DNA of 64,000 nucleotides from Candidatus Levybacteria bacterium RIFCSPHIGHO2_01_FULL_40_16 (GCA_001783805.1 MFNS01000001.1:342921-406920), one strand, 5' to 3'; counted from the first letter of the stretch, positions 8,867-19,360 are shown. Made by a program: numbers and translations. Notes: generated by a model from the sequence alone, not told the origin.

Positions 8867-10948
8867 ATGAATGAAAAAACGTATACCTGCCCAATGGATC
8901 CGGATGTAATACGAGATACTCCTGGTAATTGTCCAAAGTGCGGAATGAAGCTTGTGCCTATAAACGCAGAGCATGAGGGGCACGAAAATCATGCCTCGAT
9001 GGAGAAAGATTTTAGAAAACGTTTCTTTATTACCTTACCTTTTGTTTTACTTATCATGCTTCTTTCGCCAAATATCCAAAAATGGTTGCATTTTAATGTA
9101 AATTTTCCAGGTATCGGATTGTTGCTTTTTGTAATAGGTGCTTTTATTTTCCTCTTTGGCGGAATACCTTTCTTTAAAGCAGCAAAAGGAGAATTATCGC
9201 AAAAAAATCCCGGAATGATGACTCTGGTAGCGTTTGCCATAGCTGTAGGATTTACTTTTTCAGTTGCCGCAACTTTCTTTTTTCCGGAAGAATCTCTTTA
9301 TTGGGAAATATCCACCCTTATCTCTGTTTTTTTATTAGGCCATTGGCTTGAAATGAGAGCGGTCAGGGGAGCAACAGGCGCTTTGGCAGAATTGACCAAA
9401 CTTATTCCCCCATCCGCTCATCTTATTAAGAATGGTGACATCACGGATGTTAAAACTAATCAATTAGTGATAGGCAATAGAGTTTTAGTTAAGCCGGGAG
9501 AAAAAATTCCGATTGACGGTACGATAATAGATGGAGAAAGTTCGGTTAATGAATCAATGGTTACCGGAGAATCAAGACCTATTAATAAGAAAAAAAACGA
9601 TAAGGTAATTGGAGGCACTATTAATCAAGACGGGTCGTTGACAATTGAAGTTGCCAAAACAGGAGCGGATACAGCCATCTCTCAAATCATGAAATTAATA
9701 CGGGAGGCCCAAGCTTCAAAACCCAATGTGCAACACTTAGCTGATAGAGCAGCCGGTGTCTTATTCTATATAGCTATTGTTGCCGGAACTGTTTCATTTA
9801 TTACCTGGGTATTTATTTTACCTCACGGAGTTGTTTTCGCAGCGACTGTGGCTGTGGCGGCAATTGTTGTCGCTTGTCCTCATGCGCTTGGACTAGCCAT
9901 TCCTACAGTTACCACGATTACTTCTACTCTTGGCGCTAAAAACGGAATTTTGATCAAGGATATGAAGGGACTGGAAATAGCCAGAAAATTGAATTATGTG
10001 GTGTTTGATAAAACAGGAACTCTGACAAAAGGAGAGTTCGGAGTAACTGACATTATTTTAAGCCAAAAATCGAGTATTAAAGATCAAGATGAATTTCTGA
10101 AATTAGCGGCCGCCGTAGAGGTTCAATCACAACACTCCATCGCTCAAGGAATCGTTAATCATGCTAGGAATAGAAAGCTAGAAATCCCGGATGTAAAAGA
10201 ATTTAAATCTTTTCCGGGTAAAGGAGCTACCGGAAAAATTGGTAATAAAAAAATTGTGGTTGGCAATAAAGCTTTAATGGAAGAATTAAAAATAAGGATA
10301 AATGAGAATGGTTGGAGAAGGAAGAGTAAGGCGAGTACGCCAGTTTTTGTTGCCATAGATAGCAAACTAGCCGGAGTAATACTTCTTGCTGATATAATCA
10401 GGGAAGAATCAAAAGAGGCGATTAAAAGACTTCACGACATGGGAATAAAAACAGCTATGCTTACGGGAGATACCCTTGATGTAGCCAGCGAGGTTGGAAA
10501 ACAACTTAATCTGGATACTGTTTTTGCCCAAGTTTTACCTGAGGATAAGGTTAATAAGGTTAAGCAATTGCAAAACGAAGGGAATATTGTAGCTATGGTG
10601 GGAGATGGTGTTAATGATGCTCCGTCTCTTACTCAATCCCACGTTGGAATTGCCATAGGCGCGGGGACAGATGTCGCAGTTGAATCGGCAGACATCGTGC
10701 TCATGAAAAATGATCCAATGGATGTAGTCAAAGCAATATCTTTAAGCCGAAAAACTAATACCAAAATGGTTCAGAATCTAATCTGGGCAACCGGCTATAA
10801 CGTCTTTGCTATCCCAACAGCGGCAGGAGTGCTCTATCCGTCATTTGACATCTTGCTTCGGCCCGAATGGGCTGCTCTTTTGATGAGCGCATCATCAATT
10901 ATTGTGGTTTTTAACGCTCTTCTGTTAAGACGGGCAAAATTGAATTAA
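8867..10948 (+). CDS. Copper-translocating P1B-type ATPase (CPH type, CopB-like) with N-terminal YTCPM..CPKCGM metal-binding domain
   Basis: TGES, ACPHALGLA, DKTGTLT, GDGVND, YN and MSASS motifs. Confidence 0.95.
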   Translation: MNEKTYTCPMDPDVIRDTPGNCPKCGMKLVPINAEHEGHENHASMEKDFRKRFFITLPFVLLIMLLSPNIQKWLHFNVNFPGIGLLLFVIGAFIFLFGGIPFFKAAKGELSQKNPGMMTLVAFAIAVGFTFSVAATFFFPEESLYWEISTLISVFLLGHWLEMRAVRGATGALAELTKLIPPSAHLIKNGDITDVKTNQLVIGNRVLVKPGEKIPIDGTIIDGESSVNESMVTGESRPINKKKNDKVIGGTINQDGSLTIEVAKTGADTAISQIMKLIREAQASKPNVQHLADRAAGVLFYIAIVAGTVSFITWVFILPHGVVFAATVAVAAIVVACPHALGLAIPTVTTITSTLGAKNGILIKDMKGLEIARKLNYVVFDKTGTLTKGEFGVTDIILSQKSSIKDQDEFLKLAAAVEVQSQHSIAQGIVNHARNRKLEIPDVKEFKSFPGKGATGKIGNKKIVVGNKALMEELKIRINENGWRRKSKASTPVFVAIDSKLAGVILLADIIREESKEAIKRLHDMGIKTAMLTGDTLDVASEVGKQLNLDTVFAQVLPEDKVNKVKQLQNEGNIVAMVGDGVNDAPSLTQSHVGIAIGAGTDVAVESADIVLMKNDPMDVVKAISLSRKTNTKMVQNLIWATGYNVFAIPTAAGVLYPSFDILLRPEWAALLMSASSIIVVFNALLLRRAKLN

Positions 10949-10963
10949 AGGGAGGTGATTATT

Positions 10964-11158
10964 ATGTTTGGTTTTGGAAAAAACGATAAGGCTCAGGATC
11001 CTGTTTGCGGGATGAAGGTGGATAAAAAAACTGAGTTTTCTTCAGAAAATGATGGCGCAAAATATTATTTTTGCTCAGAAAACTGCAAAGATCAATTTAA
11101 CGCCAATCCAAAGGATTACATGAAAGAAAATGCAACAAAAACCAAATCTTGTTGCTAA
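10964..11158 (+). CDS. YHS-domain protein
   Basis: DPVCGM, YYFCSENC, C-terminal CC; GGAGGTG RBS. Confidence 0.9.
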   Translation: MFGFGKNDKAQDPVCGMKVDKKTEFSSENDGAKYYFCSENCKDQFNANPKDYMKENATKTKSCC

Positions 11159-11169
11159 ATCCAAGGGCG

Positions 11170-11838
11170 TTAAAGCTTGTCAATTTCGGAAGCTAATTCC
11201 TGATTTCTGATTACCATGGAAGCATCATCTCTGATAAATTTAACAATTCCTTCTTTATTAATTATTACGTAACTATGTCCGGGAAATTGACCTTTGTGCA
11301 TTGACGAAGGAAGAGTTAGAACTCCGTATTTTCGGGAAACCTCCCTATTGCTATCAAAAACTACTGTTGCAAGAGCTAGTTCCGGCATTTTATCTGTCGC
11401 TTGTTTCCAATCATTTTTAGGATCAACCGTAATGTTTAATATTACAGCTTTATTTTGCAACCCCGTGTCCTTGCCAAAAGCCGCAATCTGATTCCAGCAG
11501 GCCGGATAACACATCAATCCTTCGTTAAAGAAAAGAATGACATTTTTACCTTTTAATCCACTTAGGGTAATTTTTTTTTCATCATAACTTTCCAACGTAA
11601 AATCAGGCGCAGGTTTATTAATTAAACTATTAAAAATAGTCGTATCAACAGGCGCTCCTCCTCCATGATGATCTGCCGCAGAGTCTGTTTGCGTGCTTTT
11701 GGATAACGCATTACCTGATACTTCCTTTTCAGTCGCCTGAACAGCTTGTCTGTTAGAATTGCTAAACCGACTAACGACCAGTATTAAAACTACGACTATT
11801 CCGGTACTTAAAATTGCAATAAGCCCTGTTTTATTCAT
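11170..11838 (-). CDS. Membrane-anchored thioredoxin-fold protein (AhpC/Sco-like, CxxxC)
   Basis: APDFTL, CYPAC, GHSYVII. Confidence 0.8.
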   Translation of the reverse strand: MNKTGLIAILSTGIVVVLILVVSRFSNSNRQAVQATEKEVSGNALSKSTQTDSAADHHGGGAPVDTTIFNSLINKPAPDFTLESYDEKKITLSGLKGKNVILFFNEGLMCYPACWNQIAAFGKDTGLQNKAVILNITVDPKNDWKQATDKMPELALATVVFDSNREVSRKYGVLTLPSSMHKGQFPGHSYVIINKEGIVKFIRDDASMVIRNQELASEIDKL

Positions 11839-12721
11839 GTAAGTCACCTCCCTTGGTCTTGTTTTTCTTCAACGATACAAATTGCTTAATGGCAATATAG
11901 GTAATAAATACTACAATAGCAATGACGATGATGGCCCAAGCTGTCTCGGGAATAAATTTAGTGAATTGGCCAATGAACTCAATAAATTTTGTCAGGTATA
12001 TATTCAAGGCAATCTGGTATGAAGAGTGCGTCGTAAGCTGGCTTGTTTTTGCAAGATAAATAATAATAATTCCCAATGCAGCAAATATCAGTCCGGAAAA
12101 AAGATTAGCTAAAGTTTGCTGGATTTTTTGGCCAAGAAAAGTATAGGAGATTTTTCTTCTGAAGGCGAAAAACTTTTTGGTAAAATCGGCTTTGTCCAGG
12201 GTAAAGGCAATAATAAAAAGAGGAAGAACCATTCCTAACACATAAGCCAGGGTATAAACTCCTCCTAAGAAAACTGAACCGGGAAGCGCTGATAAGGTCA
12301 GGACTCCGGCCAGTACAGGTGCGCAGCAAGTGGTGGCAATTGCAGAAAATATACCCAAAATATAAACCGACACAAAGTCTTGCTTTTTCAGCTCCGGGTG
12401 GACAGTAAAAGGCAAAGAAAATTGCTGTCCCAAAAGCAAAGTTATGCCTAAAAACAGTAAAAAGACTCCCCCGATAAGAAAAATCGTATCATGATATTGG
12501 CTGAAGATTTGAGCCAGGAATGAAACTCCCATACCAATGGGAAGAAAGATCGATGAGATGCCAAGGAAGTAAACAAAAGTCATTAAAAATACTGTAGTTT
12601 TTTGCTTAAAAATGGAAGCAAAATAAGTTGGCAAGAGCACGGTGATGCAGCAGGGTGCAAAAAGCGCGGCAATTCCTGCGAAAAACGCGGCTATAAAAGA
12701 TGCGCTGATTAAAAGTTCCAT
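11831..12721 (-). CDS. ccdA: CcdA/DsbD-family transmembrane electron transporter
   Basis: FAPCC and TCCAPVL motifs in a multi-TM protein. Confidence 0.8.
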   Translation of the reverse strand: MELLISASFIAAFFAGIAALFAPCCITVLLPTYFASIFKQKTTVFLMTFVYFLGISSIFLPIGMGVSFLAQIFSQYHDTIFLIGGVFLLFLGITLLLGQQFSLPFTVHPELKKQDFVSVYILGIFSAIATTCCAPVLAGVLTLSALPGSVFLGGVYTLAYVLGMVLPLFIIAFTLDKADFTKKFFAFRRKISYTFLGQKIQQTLANLFSGLIFAALGIIIIYLAKTSQLTTHSSYQIALNIYLTKFIEFIGQFTKFIPETAWAIIVIAIVVFITYIAIKQFVSLKKNKTKGGDLHE

Positions 12722-12724
12722 AGG

Positions 12725-13318
12725 TTAAAGTTTGTTTATTTCTGCTATTAATTCCTGATTTCTGACTGCCATGGAAACGTCATCTTTGACATATCGGACA
12801 ATTCCCTCTTTATCAATAACCACGTAGGTGTGCCCGGGAAGCTGTCCTTTATGCATGGATGAAGGAAGAGAAAGCATGTCATAGGTTATGGAAATCCGCT
12901 TGTCGGTATCAAAAAGGACTACGGCTTTAGCCAATTCCGGCATTTTTTCAATTGCCATTTTCCAGTCGCTCTTGGGATCATTGAGAATCGTCAATGCAAT
13001 AGTATCCTTACTCGCAAATTCATTATCTTTCCCAAAAGCAGCGATTTGGTCCCAGCAGGCCGGATAACACATTAGGCCTTCACTAAAAAATAGGACAACA
13101 TTTTTACCCTTGAGCTTGCTTAAGGTAACTTTTTCACCGTTGTAATTTTCCAATGTAAAATCAGGCGCTGTTTTGCCGACTAAACTATCAAGCGATATAT
13201 TTACTGTCTGACTAGTAGAAGAGCTTTGCCCGCTATTGCCATTGAATAGAAAGATCGCCGCCACAAGCATAGCAGCTGTAATTATAGAGCCCAATATAAT
13301 AATTTGTTTTTCTTTCAT
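12725..13318 (-). CDS. Membrane-anchored thioredoxin-fold protein (AhpC/Sco-like, CxxxC), paralog of 11170
   Basis: APDFTL, CYPAC, GHTYVVI. Confidence 0.8.
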   Translation of the reverse strand: MKEKQIIILGSIITAAMLVAAIFLFNGNSGQSSSTSQTVNISLDSLVGKTAPDFTLENYNGEKVTLSKLKGKNVVLFFSEGLMCYPACWDQIAAFGKDNEFASKDTIALTILNDPKSDWKMAIEKMPELAKAVVLFDTDKRISITYDMLSLPSSMHKGQLPGHTYVVIDKEGIVRYVKDDVSMAVRNQELIAEINKL

Positions 13319-13336
13319 GAAATTATTTAACAAGTT

Positions 13337-13735
13337 TTAAAGATTCCATTTAAAACTTCTTTCCGGCACTCCGCCGACATTTTTTATTATTAATTCAATC
13401 GATTTGGGCCCGGGCAAAATGGGCTTGAATTTCAAAACGCCTTCGCGGTGATGCCCTCCGGGAGGTGTTCCTTCCCAAGATATGGGCTTGTATGACTTTC
13501 TCTGATCATCTACGATTTCTGAAACAACGATCAAATCGCTGTCCAATTCTTCAGAATGAGTGCCTAATGCAATGTCAAAACTTAAGGAGGATGGGTCACT
13601 TTCTAGATCACGGGGCGTAACAGTGATCACAACAGAACCCTCGCTGTTCTCTTTTGTCTCAAAGGGCACTCCCCTAAACTTAACCGCCAGAATTATAAAC
13701 AGAATTGCAATAAAAATAATGATAATTTTTTTCAT
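13337..13735 (-). CDS. Exported hypothetical protein (GGHHR motif)
   Basis: Signal/anchor; TH and GGHHREG; located in the copper island. Confidence 0.7.
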   Translation of the reverse strand: MKKIIIIFIAILFIILAVKFRGVPFETKENSEGSVVITVTPRDLESDPSSLSFDIALGTHSEELDSDLIVVSEIVDDQRKSYKPISWEGTPPGGHHREGVLKFKPILPGPKSIELIIKNVGGVPERSFKWNL

Positions 13736-14160
13736 TATTGTTTAGAAAATCTTAGCACCTTATTTCCCAAGTAAAGTATTCCCAAAAGGTTAAAAAATAA
13801 GCCAATCCAGAAAAATTGAACCTGGTATTGACCGATAAAAGTAATTATACCTGTTATCCCGAGAATTGGCAAAATATTGGTCAAGTAATGGGCGCAGCAG
13901 GAAATCATGGCCGTAGTGGAAGTTACGCCGGTTGCGGCTAAAACTCGTCCCGTCTTAGCCTTTTGTCTAATAATCTCCTTAAGGTAACTGTAAAGGCCAA
14001 ATTGCACCCCAAAGCCCAAAGCAAGAGCTATAATAAAGTACCAGAACCGGCTAAACTGCTCCCAGGCAAACTTCCACCCGGAAACTAGAGTCAAAATCAA
14101 AAAGTAAACGGCCAAAAGAATTAGAAATGCCGCGCTTCCTTTAATAATTGATTTTCTCAT
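13735..14160 (-). CDS. Membrane protein with CCAH motif
   Basis: About four TM segments, MISCCAHY. Confidence 0.75.
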   Translation of the reverse strand: MRKSIIKGSAAFLILLAVYFLILTLVSGWKFAWEQFSRFWYFIIALALGFGVQFGLYSYLKEIIRQKAKTGRVLAATGVTSTTAMISCCAHYLTNILPILGITGIITFIGQYQVQFFWIGLFFNLLGILYLGNKVLRFSKQ

Positions 14161-14164
14161 AATC

Positions 14165-14680
14165 TTAGAGCGGGGCTTTTTCAGGGGCTCGGTTTTCATT
14201 CGTTTCCATAAAGGTTTTTATTTTAACCTCATCAATTGCCTGAAGTTTAAGTAATCTCCCCCACGAGGTTAGAGCTATTGAAACATCCATCGTAGCATGG
14301 GGAACCATAATTTTTTTGCTAATTGAAACCGAATTAAAAATTTGTTTTAAGCGTTCAATATCTTGCTTAGATAAGCCATTGTACCAAAGTATGACTGCTC
14401 CATGTTCCATGCTGTGTATCAGATTTCCGTCCGGCACGCTCTTGTCATAAATACCGGCCTTTGCAGAAAGGGCATAATGAGAGCCTCCGGTAGGCGGATT
14501 GGTAAGATAAGTTACTAAAGTGCCTTCCGGTACGTGATTTGCCCCCTGGTCGGCGATGGCATCTCCCACCAAAGGTTTACTCAATTTCGCCTCTTCTTTA
14601 GCACCATTACTCCCTAAAAGCCATACGCCTCCGCCAAGGATAACAACGGTAATTATGATAATTGATATTGTTACCTTCAA
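14165..14680 (-). CDS. DUF3105-like exported protein
   Basis: NPPTGGSHY, LIHSMEHGAV, ALTSWG; TTG start overlapping the upstream TGA. Confidence 0.8.
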   Translation of the reverse strand: MKVTISIIIITVVILGGGVWLLGSNGAKEEAKLSKPLVGDAIADQGANHVPEGTLVTYLTNPPTGGSHYALSAKAGIYDKSVPDGNLIHSMEHGAVILWYNGLSKQDIERLKQIFNSVSISKKIMVPHATMDVSIALTSWGRLLKLQAIDEVKIKTFMETNENRAPEKAPL

Positions 14681-16104
14681 ACTCCGCAGCCTCCTTTTTG
14701 CTGGGGCGGCGGCGCAACTATGCCATTTTCCGTTAGCCATTTTTTTACCGCTTGCGCTCCGAAAGCCGACGAAATATCCTTACCAAGAATTAGTCTGGCA
14801 TCTACATCTTTGTAGTCCTTATTTTCTTTATTTTTAAAGTACAAAGCAATGTCATAATAATTGGCGGGAAACCAAAAGGCATTGATGTATTTTGCCGCAT
14901 TATACATTTCATTTTCAGTGCCGCCTTGTGCCGCCATTAGCTCAAGCACGCCTAAAAGCGCCATTCCATGATTGCAGTCGGGAAAAGCTGTTGAATTACC
15001 GCAACATGGCCTATAAATGTTCGAGGCGACTTTGTTGACCAGATCTTCCTGCGTAGGCGTTAATGGAACTAGAGCTCTTTTTGAGTAGTAGTCGATTGCA
15101 TCGCTTTTGGCAAGCGTCCATCCTCCGGTTGAAGCAAATTTGCCAACCTGCCCTTGGCCATATTTGACCATATCCCCTTCTGTCAATATTTTTGTTTTAT
15201 TTCCAAGACCAAAAGCCCAGAAAAAGTTCAACAGAAAATAGGAGTTGTTTTGGTCTATCTTAATTTTTTTATCAGAGCCTCGGGTTAAGATCTCTTCTTG
15301 TTCCGGCGTCAGCGCCTGTTGAGATTGTTGATAAATTTGCTTAAATTTCTCCAAATCAATTACGCCCATCTCAAGCATTTTGGGACCTATATCGCCATAT
15401 TTTACATTTATTTCGTATCCTTTTGCGGGATTTATTTGAGCAAAAACAGAAGCGGCATCGGCCTTAATCTTGGAAACATTAGCAGCTGCCGCCGCGACCG
15501 TATTACTTTGAGTTTTGGCCCGATATTTGATAGGAAGTCTGGGAATAGCATAAACACTAAAAACAAAAAGAAACAAAAGTAAAAAAGGCTGTAATTGACT
15601 AAAAGTTCTTTTGTAAACGTTGGCTGACGGCTGTTTGTTCCTGCAAAACCCCAGGATGTTTTTTGAGTACTGCCAAATCGCATACGAAAGTACAACAATT
15701 GAGAATAGTTTTATTTCCAGCCCCCCGAAAGGAAAAGCGGTTAAAGACGCTGCGACTCCCAGTGTCGGTAAGAGGAAAGCGCTGCAAACAGAACAGCCTG
15801 TCACGGCAGTGGAAAAGACTAAGGATCCAAGGGTATTGAAAAAAGTCGTTTCGGATCCTTTCTTTCTCTCCTCGATCACATATAAAAGAAAAGAGATGGC
15901 AATACCTATGAGAGCGGCATTGACAATGCTTAATATAACCTGAGACCAGCTATACCAAGGAAGATTAGACTGCCAGAATGCATCCCAGGTGGTATTTTGT
16001 ATAAGAATCAGATAGTGCAGAAACAGAACGTTGAAAGCGATAGCGGCAGTGATTACGAAGTAATGGGATTTACGAAATACTTTTAAAAACGCTTTTTGAA
16101 CCAT
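14677..16104 (-). CDS. Membrane protein with Cys-rich motifs (GCSVC, PCCGN, DCNHG)
   Basis: N-terminal TM domain plus soluble domain; first gene of the minus-strand operon. Confidence 0.75.
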   Translation of the reverse strand: MVQKAFLKVFRKSHYFVITAAIAFNVLFLHYLILIQNTTWDAFWQSNLPWYSWSQVILSIVNAALIGIAISFLLYVIEERKKGSETTFFNTLGSLVFSTAVTGCSVCSAFLLPTLGVAASLTAFPFGGLEIKLFSIVVLSYAIWQYSKNILGFCRNKQPSANVYKRTFSQLQPFLLLFLFVFSVYAIPRLPIKYRAKTQSNTVAAAAANVSKIKADAASVFAQINPAKGYEINVKYGDIGPKMLEMGVIDLEKFKQIYQQSQQALTPEQEEILTRGSDKKIKIDQNNSYFLLNFFWAFGLGNKTKILTEGDMVKYGQGQVGKFASTGGWTLAKSDAIDYYSKRALVPLTPTQEDLVNKVASNIYRPCCGNSTAFPDCNHGMALLGVLELMAAQGGTENEMYNAAKYINAFWFPANYYDIALYFKNKENKDYKDVDARLILGKDISSAFGAQAVKKWLTENGIVAPPPQQKGGCGV

Positions 16105-16235
16105 GCCTTAAATAATACATGCTTCCCTGGATAAAAACAACTGGGAGTTTTGTCATCAAATTACTTACGCGCGTCAAAGTTTTTCATGTCCAACAATCTA
16201 TTTTTATATGAGGAATTTTAAGGAACAAAGTAAAG

Positions 16236-16379
16236 TTATTTTTTATTCACCTGCCTCCACAACCAAACCCCTAAAAGAATCAAGTCAATTAGGATTACTG
16301 CCCAAAAAATAACCATAATAGTTCCCAACCCGGAATTCATCATGTAATACCCTGATCCCCAATTTCCGAAATTCATCAT
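16236..16379 (-). CDS. 47-aa Met-rich single-TM protein
   Basis: Hand translation MMNFGNWGSGYYMMNSG...LWRQVNKK; GGGGGTG RBS. Confidence 0.7.
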   Translation of the reverse strand: MMNFGNWGSGYYMMNSGLGTIMVIFWAVILIDLILLGVWLWRQVNKK

Positions 16380-16404
16380 GCCATATCACCCCCTTTAAAA
16401 TAAT

Positions 16405-17214
16405 TTAAGAAAGTAAGACTCCTCCGTCAACAATAATCTGAGTTCCTGTCATATACGAAGACATGTCTGAAGCCAGAAATAAAGCAACTTTTCCAATATC
16501 ATCAGGCTCCCCCATCCTACGCATTGGAATTTTTGCCAAAAACATCTCGAGAAGCTTTGCGGGATCAACACCTGCGGTGGCAGGATGTCCCGCTTGCATC
16601 CGTTTTACTCCTTCTGTCAAAATTCCGCCCGGCGCAATTGCATTAACCCAGATTTTATGCGGAGCAAGCTCTAGTGCAACATTCTTGGTAAATCCCCACA
16701 CCCCATGCTTTGATGCATCGTAATGAGCCAGACCAACAGATGAGGGATGAAGCGCGTCAACAGAGGTAATGTTGATAATTTTTCCACCATTCCCCTGTTT
16801 AATCATTTGTTCCGCCGCATATTTTGTACACAAAAATACTCCTTTAAGATTTACCGCCAGCACTTTGTCAAAATCCCCAAGTGTCATCTGCATAACCGGA
16901 ATTGTCGGATAGATTCCCGCATTATTCACCAGAATATCTACCGATCCAAAATCCGCAACAGAGGCTGCAACCATCCTTTTGACATCTTCTTCAATGGATA
17001 CGTCTGCCTGCACTGCTTTTACTTTCCAATTCTTTTCGGTTAATTTTTTGACCGACTCGTTGGCCTCATCAAGAGAACGGGTTGCAATCACAACACTGGC
17101 TCCGGCTTCTGCTAACCGGTAGGCAATCCCAAAGCCAATTCCTACCGCGCCTGTTACAATTGCGGTTTTCCCCGATAGATCCAATAATTTACCATTTGCC
17201 GTTATCTCCATCAT
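16405..17214 (-). CDS. SDR-family oxidoreductase
   Basis: TGAVGIG, NNAG, YDASK. Confidence 0.92.
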   Translation of the reverse strand: MMEITANGKLLDLSGKTAIVTGAVGIGFGIAYRLAEAGASVVIATRSLDEANESVKKLTEKNWKVKAVQADVSIEEDVKRMVAASVADFGSVDILVNNAGIYPTIPVMQMTLGDFDKVLAVNLKGVFLCTKYAAEQMIKQGNGGKIINITSVDALHPSSVGLAHYDASKHGVWGFTKNVALELAPHKIWVNAIAPGGILTEGVKRMQAGHPATAGVDPAKLLEMFLAKIPMRRMGEPDDIGKVALFLASDMSSYMTGTQIIVDGGVLLS

Positions 17215-17222
17215 TTCAAATG

Positions 17223-17780
17223 TTAAGATTCTTTCGATGCCGTATTGCCCAAAAAAATTTCTCTGTCTTTTTCCGATTTTGGAAGCAGACCTTCAATAAT
17301 ATGAAAATATTTAATCGGGTTATGTATTAAATACAAAGAGGTATACTTTTCTAAATACCAGTTGTAAAGGTGTATTGTCCCGAACCCAAAAATTCTTCCA
17401 AAAAATCCCTGCTCAACTTTTACAGATCTCATTTGCGAAAATGGGTGTTTTTCCTGATTTCTCCAAACAATACCGCTCCAGTACATCAGGACATGAGGCC
17501 AAATTTCGTAATATTCAGTTATCCATCGCATAACAATATAAATAGTCAAGGCAATTTTTAGAAAAACCAGGATCAAAAAAAATGGTAAGTTATACGATAG
17601 TATTGCACTATTGATGACTTCGGGCACAAATTTATTTGTAACCGAAGAAAAATATAATATCGCTATGAATGCTGCTGTCACATCCAGAAAGATAAGTTTA
17701 AGCAGCAAAAAAAATATACTCTGCCTTATATTTATGTGGGTAACGTAAATTTTTTCGCTTTTATCACTATTTTGCACCAT
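17223..17780 (-). CDS. Membrane protein with bacterial PH domain
   Basis: Two TM, then VEQGFFGRIFGFGTI. Confidence 0.75.
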   Translation of the reverse strand: MVQNSDKSEKIYVTHINIRQSIFFLLLKLIFLDVTAAFIAILYFSSVTNKFVPEVINSAILSYNLPFFLILVFLKIALTIYIVMRWITEYYEIWPHVLMYWSGIVWRNQEKHPFSQMRSVKVEQGFFGRIFGFGTIHLYNWYLEKYTSLYLIHNPIKYFHIIEGLLPKSEKDREIFLGNTASKES

Positions 17781-18276
17781 ATTTCCGGGACGCAATCCAC
17801 GGTGACAAAAATCTATCCAAACCGATACCCCCCGCAGTTTTTCCTGCCAGCATTATGAAAATTTGAAGAATCAGCAATGTCGGGTTGGTGCTGACGGTTC
17901 CGGCGTAAAGATAATTCATATTCATGAATGCTCCGAAAAATGCGGCAATTCCCGTAAATGCGCCTAGAATTAAGCCAATCCCTACAAAAAGTTCCCCGTA
18001 GGAAACCAAATAGGAAAAAATGACGGAATTTGGCAGCGCTACTGTCTTTATGAAATCCGCATACCAACTTGCAACTTGTGGATGTGCACCTGTTGTCTTG
18101 GCCAGTGAACCGGCCAAAAAACCGCTTACTGCTACTCCGGCTTTTGCTCCAACCCAGACAGGATCGATTATTTTTTCCCATCCTGCAGTAAGCCATGCCC
18201 ACCCGACATAAATTCTTATTAAAAGCCACAACCAGGAAAGTTTGGGGTTTGAAAAGAAACTGGAATTTTTTTCCAT
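17767..18276 (-). CDS. DoxX-family membrane protein
   Basis: RIYVGWAWLTAGWEKI, GELFVGIGLILG, GLDR. Confidence 0.85.
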   Translation of the reverse strand: MEKNSSFFSNPKLSWLWLLIRIYVGWAWLTAGWEKIIDPVWVGAKAGVAVSGFLAGSLAKTTGAHPQVASWYADFIKTVALPNSVIFSYLVSYGELFVGIGLILGAFTGIAAFFGAFMNMNYLYAGTVSTNPTLLILQIFIMLAGKTAGGIGLDRFLSPWIASRKYGAK

Positions 18277-18416
18277 ATTTTGACAACCTCCTTTCTTTGA
18301 TATCTCTTCTCCACCTTTTCTACAAAAAGAGTGCTACTATAATTATCTTACGCCATTTTTCTTTTAAATTGCAACCTCCGCGAATCGGCTGATGATCCTG
18401 GTCTTTTTGATTAGCC

Positions 18417-19052
18417 TCATCGATATGCATCAAGAATTTTTATTACATCTTTATCTTTAACTTGCGCAAAGCTATCGTAATATGACCCGACTGCCCCGAG
18501 GAATTTATCATCAGATGGAATCTCAAGCGCAATTAGCTCGTCTGCCTCTTTCCTCAAAATTTTTGCAGTTGATCTGGGAACGACCGGAACAGCAACGATA
18601 AGCTTTGCAGGATTATAATGTTTAATTTCCATAATGCCAACCCGAAGCGTTAAGCCGGTTGCTACGCCATCATCAACAACAACAGCTATTTTCCCCTTAG
18701 CAGATGTCATTTTTTTTCCATGCAGATATTTCTTTCTTCTTCTTGCTACCTCCAGACGTCCTTTCTTCATTTCTCTTTCCAGCCAATCTTCACCAACCAG
18801 CGCTAATTCTCTTGGGGTACCGACAATATGCCCATTTTCTGCTGTTGCCGCAATGGCGTATTCGGGATTATCCGGATGGCTAATTTTTCTGGTGATTACC
18901 AAATCCAGAACAGCATGAAGATTTCTGGCTATTTCAACTGCGGTTAGAACACCACCCCTAGGGATAGCGTAAACCACCACATCTTTATCGGCATACCCCT
19001 TTAGTTTATCTGCCAGCAATTGTCCGGCCTGTATTCTATCTTTAAATCTCAT
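18417..19052 (-). CDS. Phosphoribosyltransferase-family protein
   Basis: FKDRIQAG, IPRGGV, VVDDGVATG; AGGAG RBS. Confidence 0.9.
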   Translation of the reverse strand: MRFKDRIQAGQLLADKLKGYADKDVVVYAIPRGGVLTAVEIARNLHAVLDLVITRKISHPDNPEYAIAATAENGHIVGTPRELALVGEDWLEREMKKGRLEVARRRKKYLHGKKMTSAKGKIAVVVDDGVATGLTLRVGIMEIKHYNPAKLIVAVPVVPRSTAKILRKEADELIALEIPSDDKFLGAVGSYYDSFAQVKDKDVIKILDAYR

Positions 19053-19212
19053 ATTTCTCCTTTGCGATAAAAATACGCTAACCAATATTAGCATACTTTT
19101 TGTAATTTAGATTATAAATGTAAGCTTGCGAAGCCTACCTCAACCGGATTGTCTGATAAATGTCCAGATGCTGTCAAGCTATCTTTGCAATTGTCAGGTA
19201 AAATAGTTTTAT

Positions 19213-19347
19213 ATGAACGAAGAGGATAGGAAATATTTAAGATCGGTAAAAAAACTAAGACCAAGCCTTGAGGTTTTCAAAAGAATGGTGCAAATCCTGA
19301 AGGGCGTACAGCAAAAAACAGATCAGATGCTAAAAACGCTGGTCTGA
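19213..19347 (+). CDS. 44-aa hypothetical protein
   Basis: Hand translation MNEEDRKYLRSVKK...; TAAAAT 8 nt upstream; fills an intergenic gap. Confidence 0.4.
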   Translation: MNEEDRKYLRSVKKLRPSLEVFKRMVQILKGVQQKTDQMLKTLV

Positions 19348-19360
19348 CAGTTGTTTTCAT

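Noticed and set aside
14484-14498. CCTCCGGTAGGCGGA (NPPTGG) as a PPAGG element
   Set aside because: Matches the native NPPTSGxH motif of DUF3105-like proteins and is not a clean palindrome
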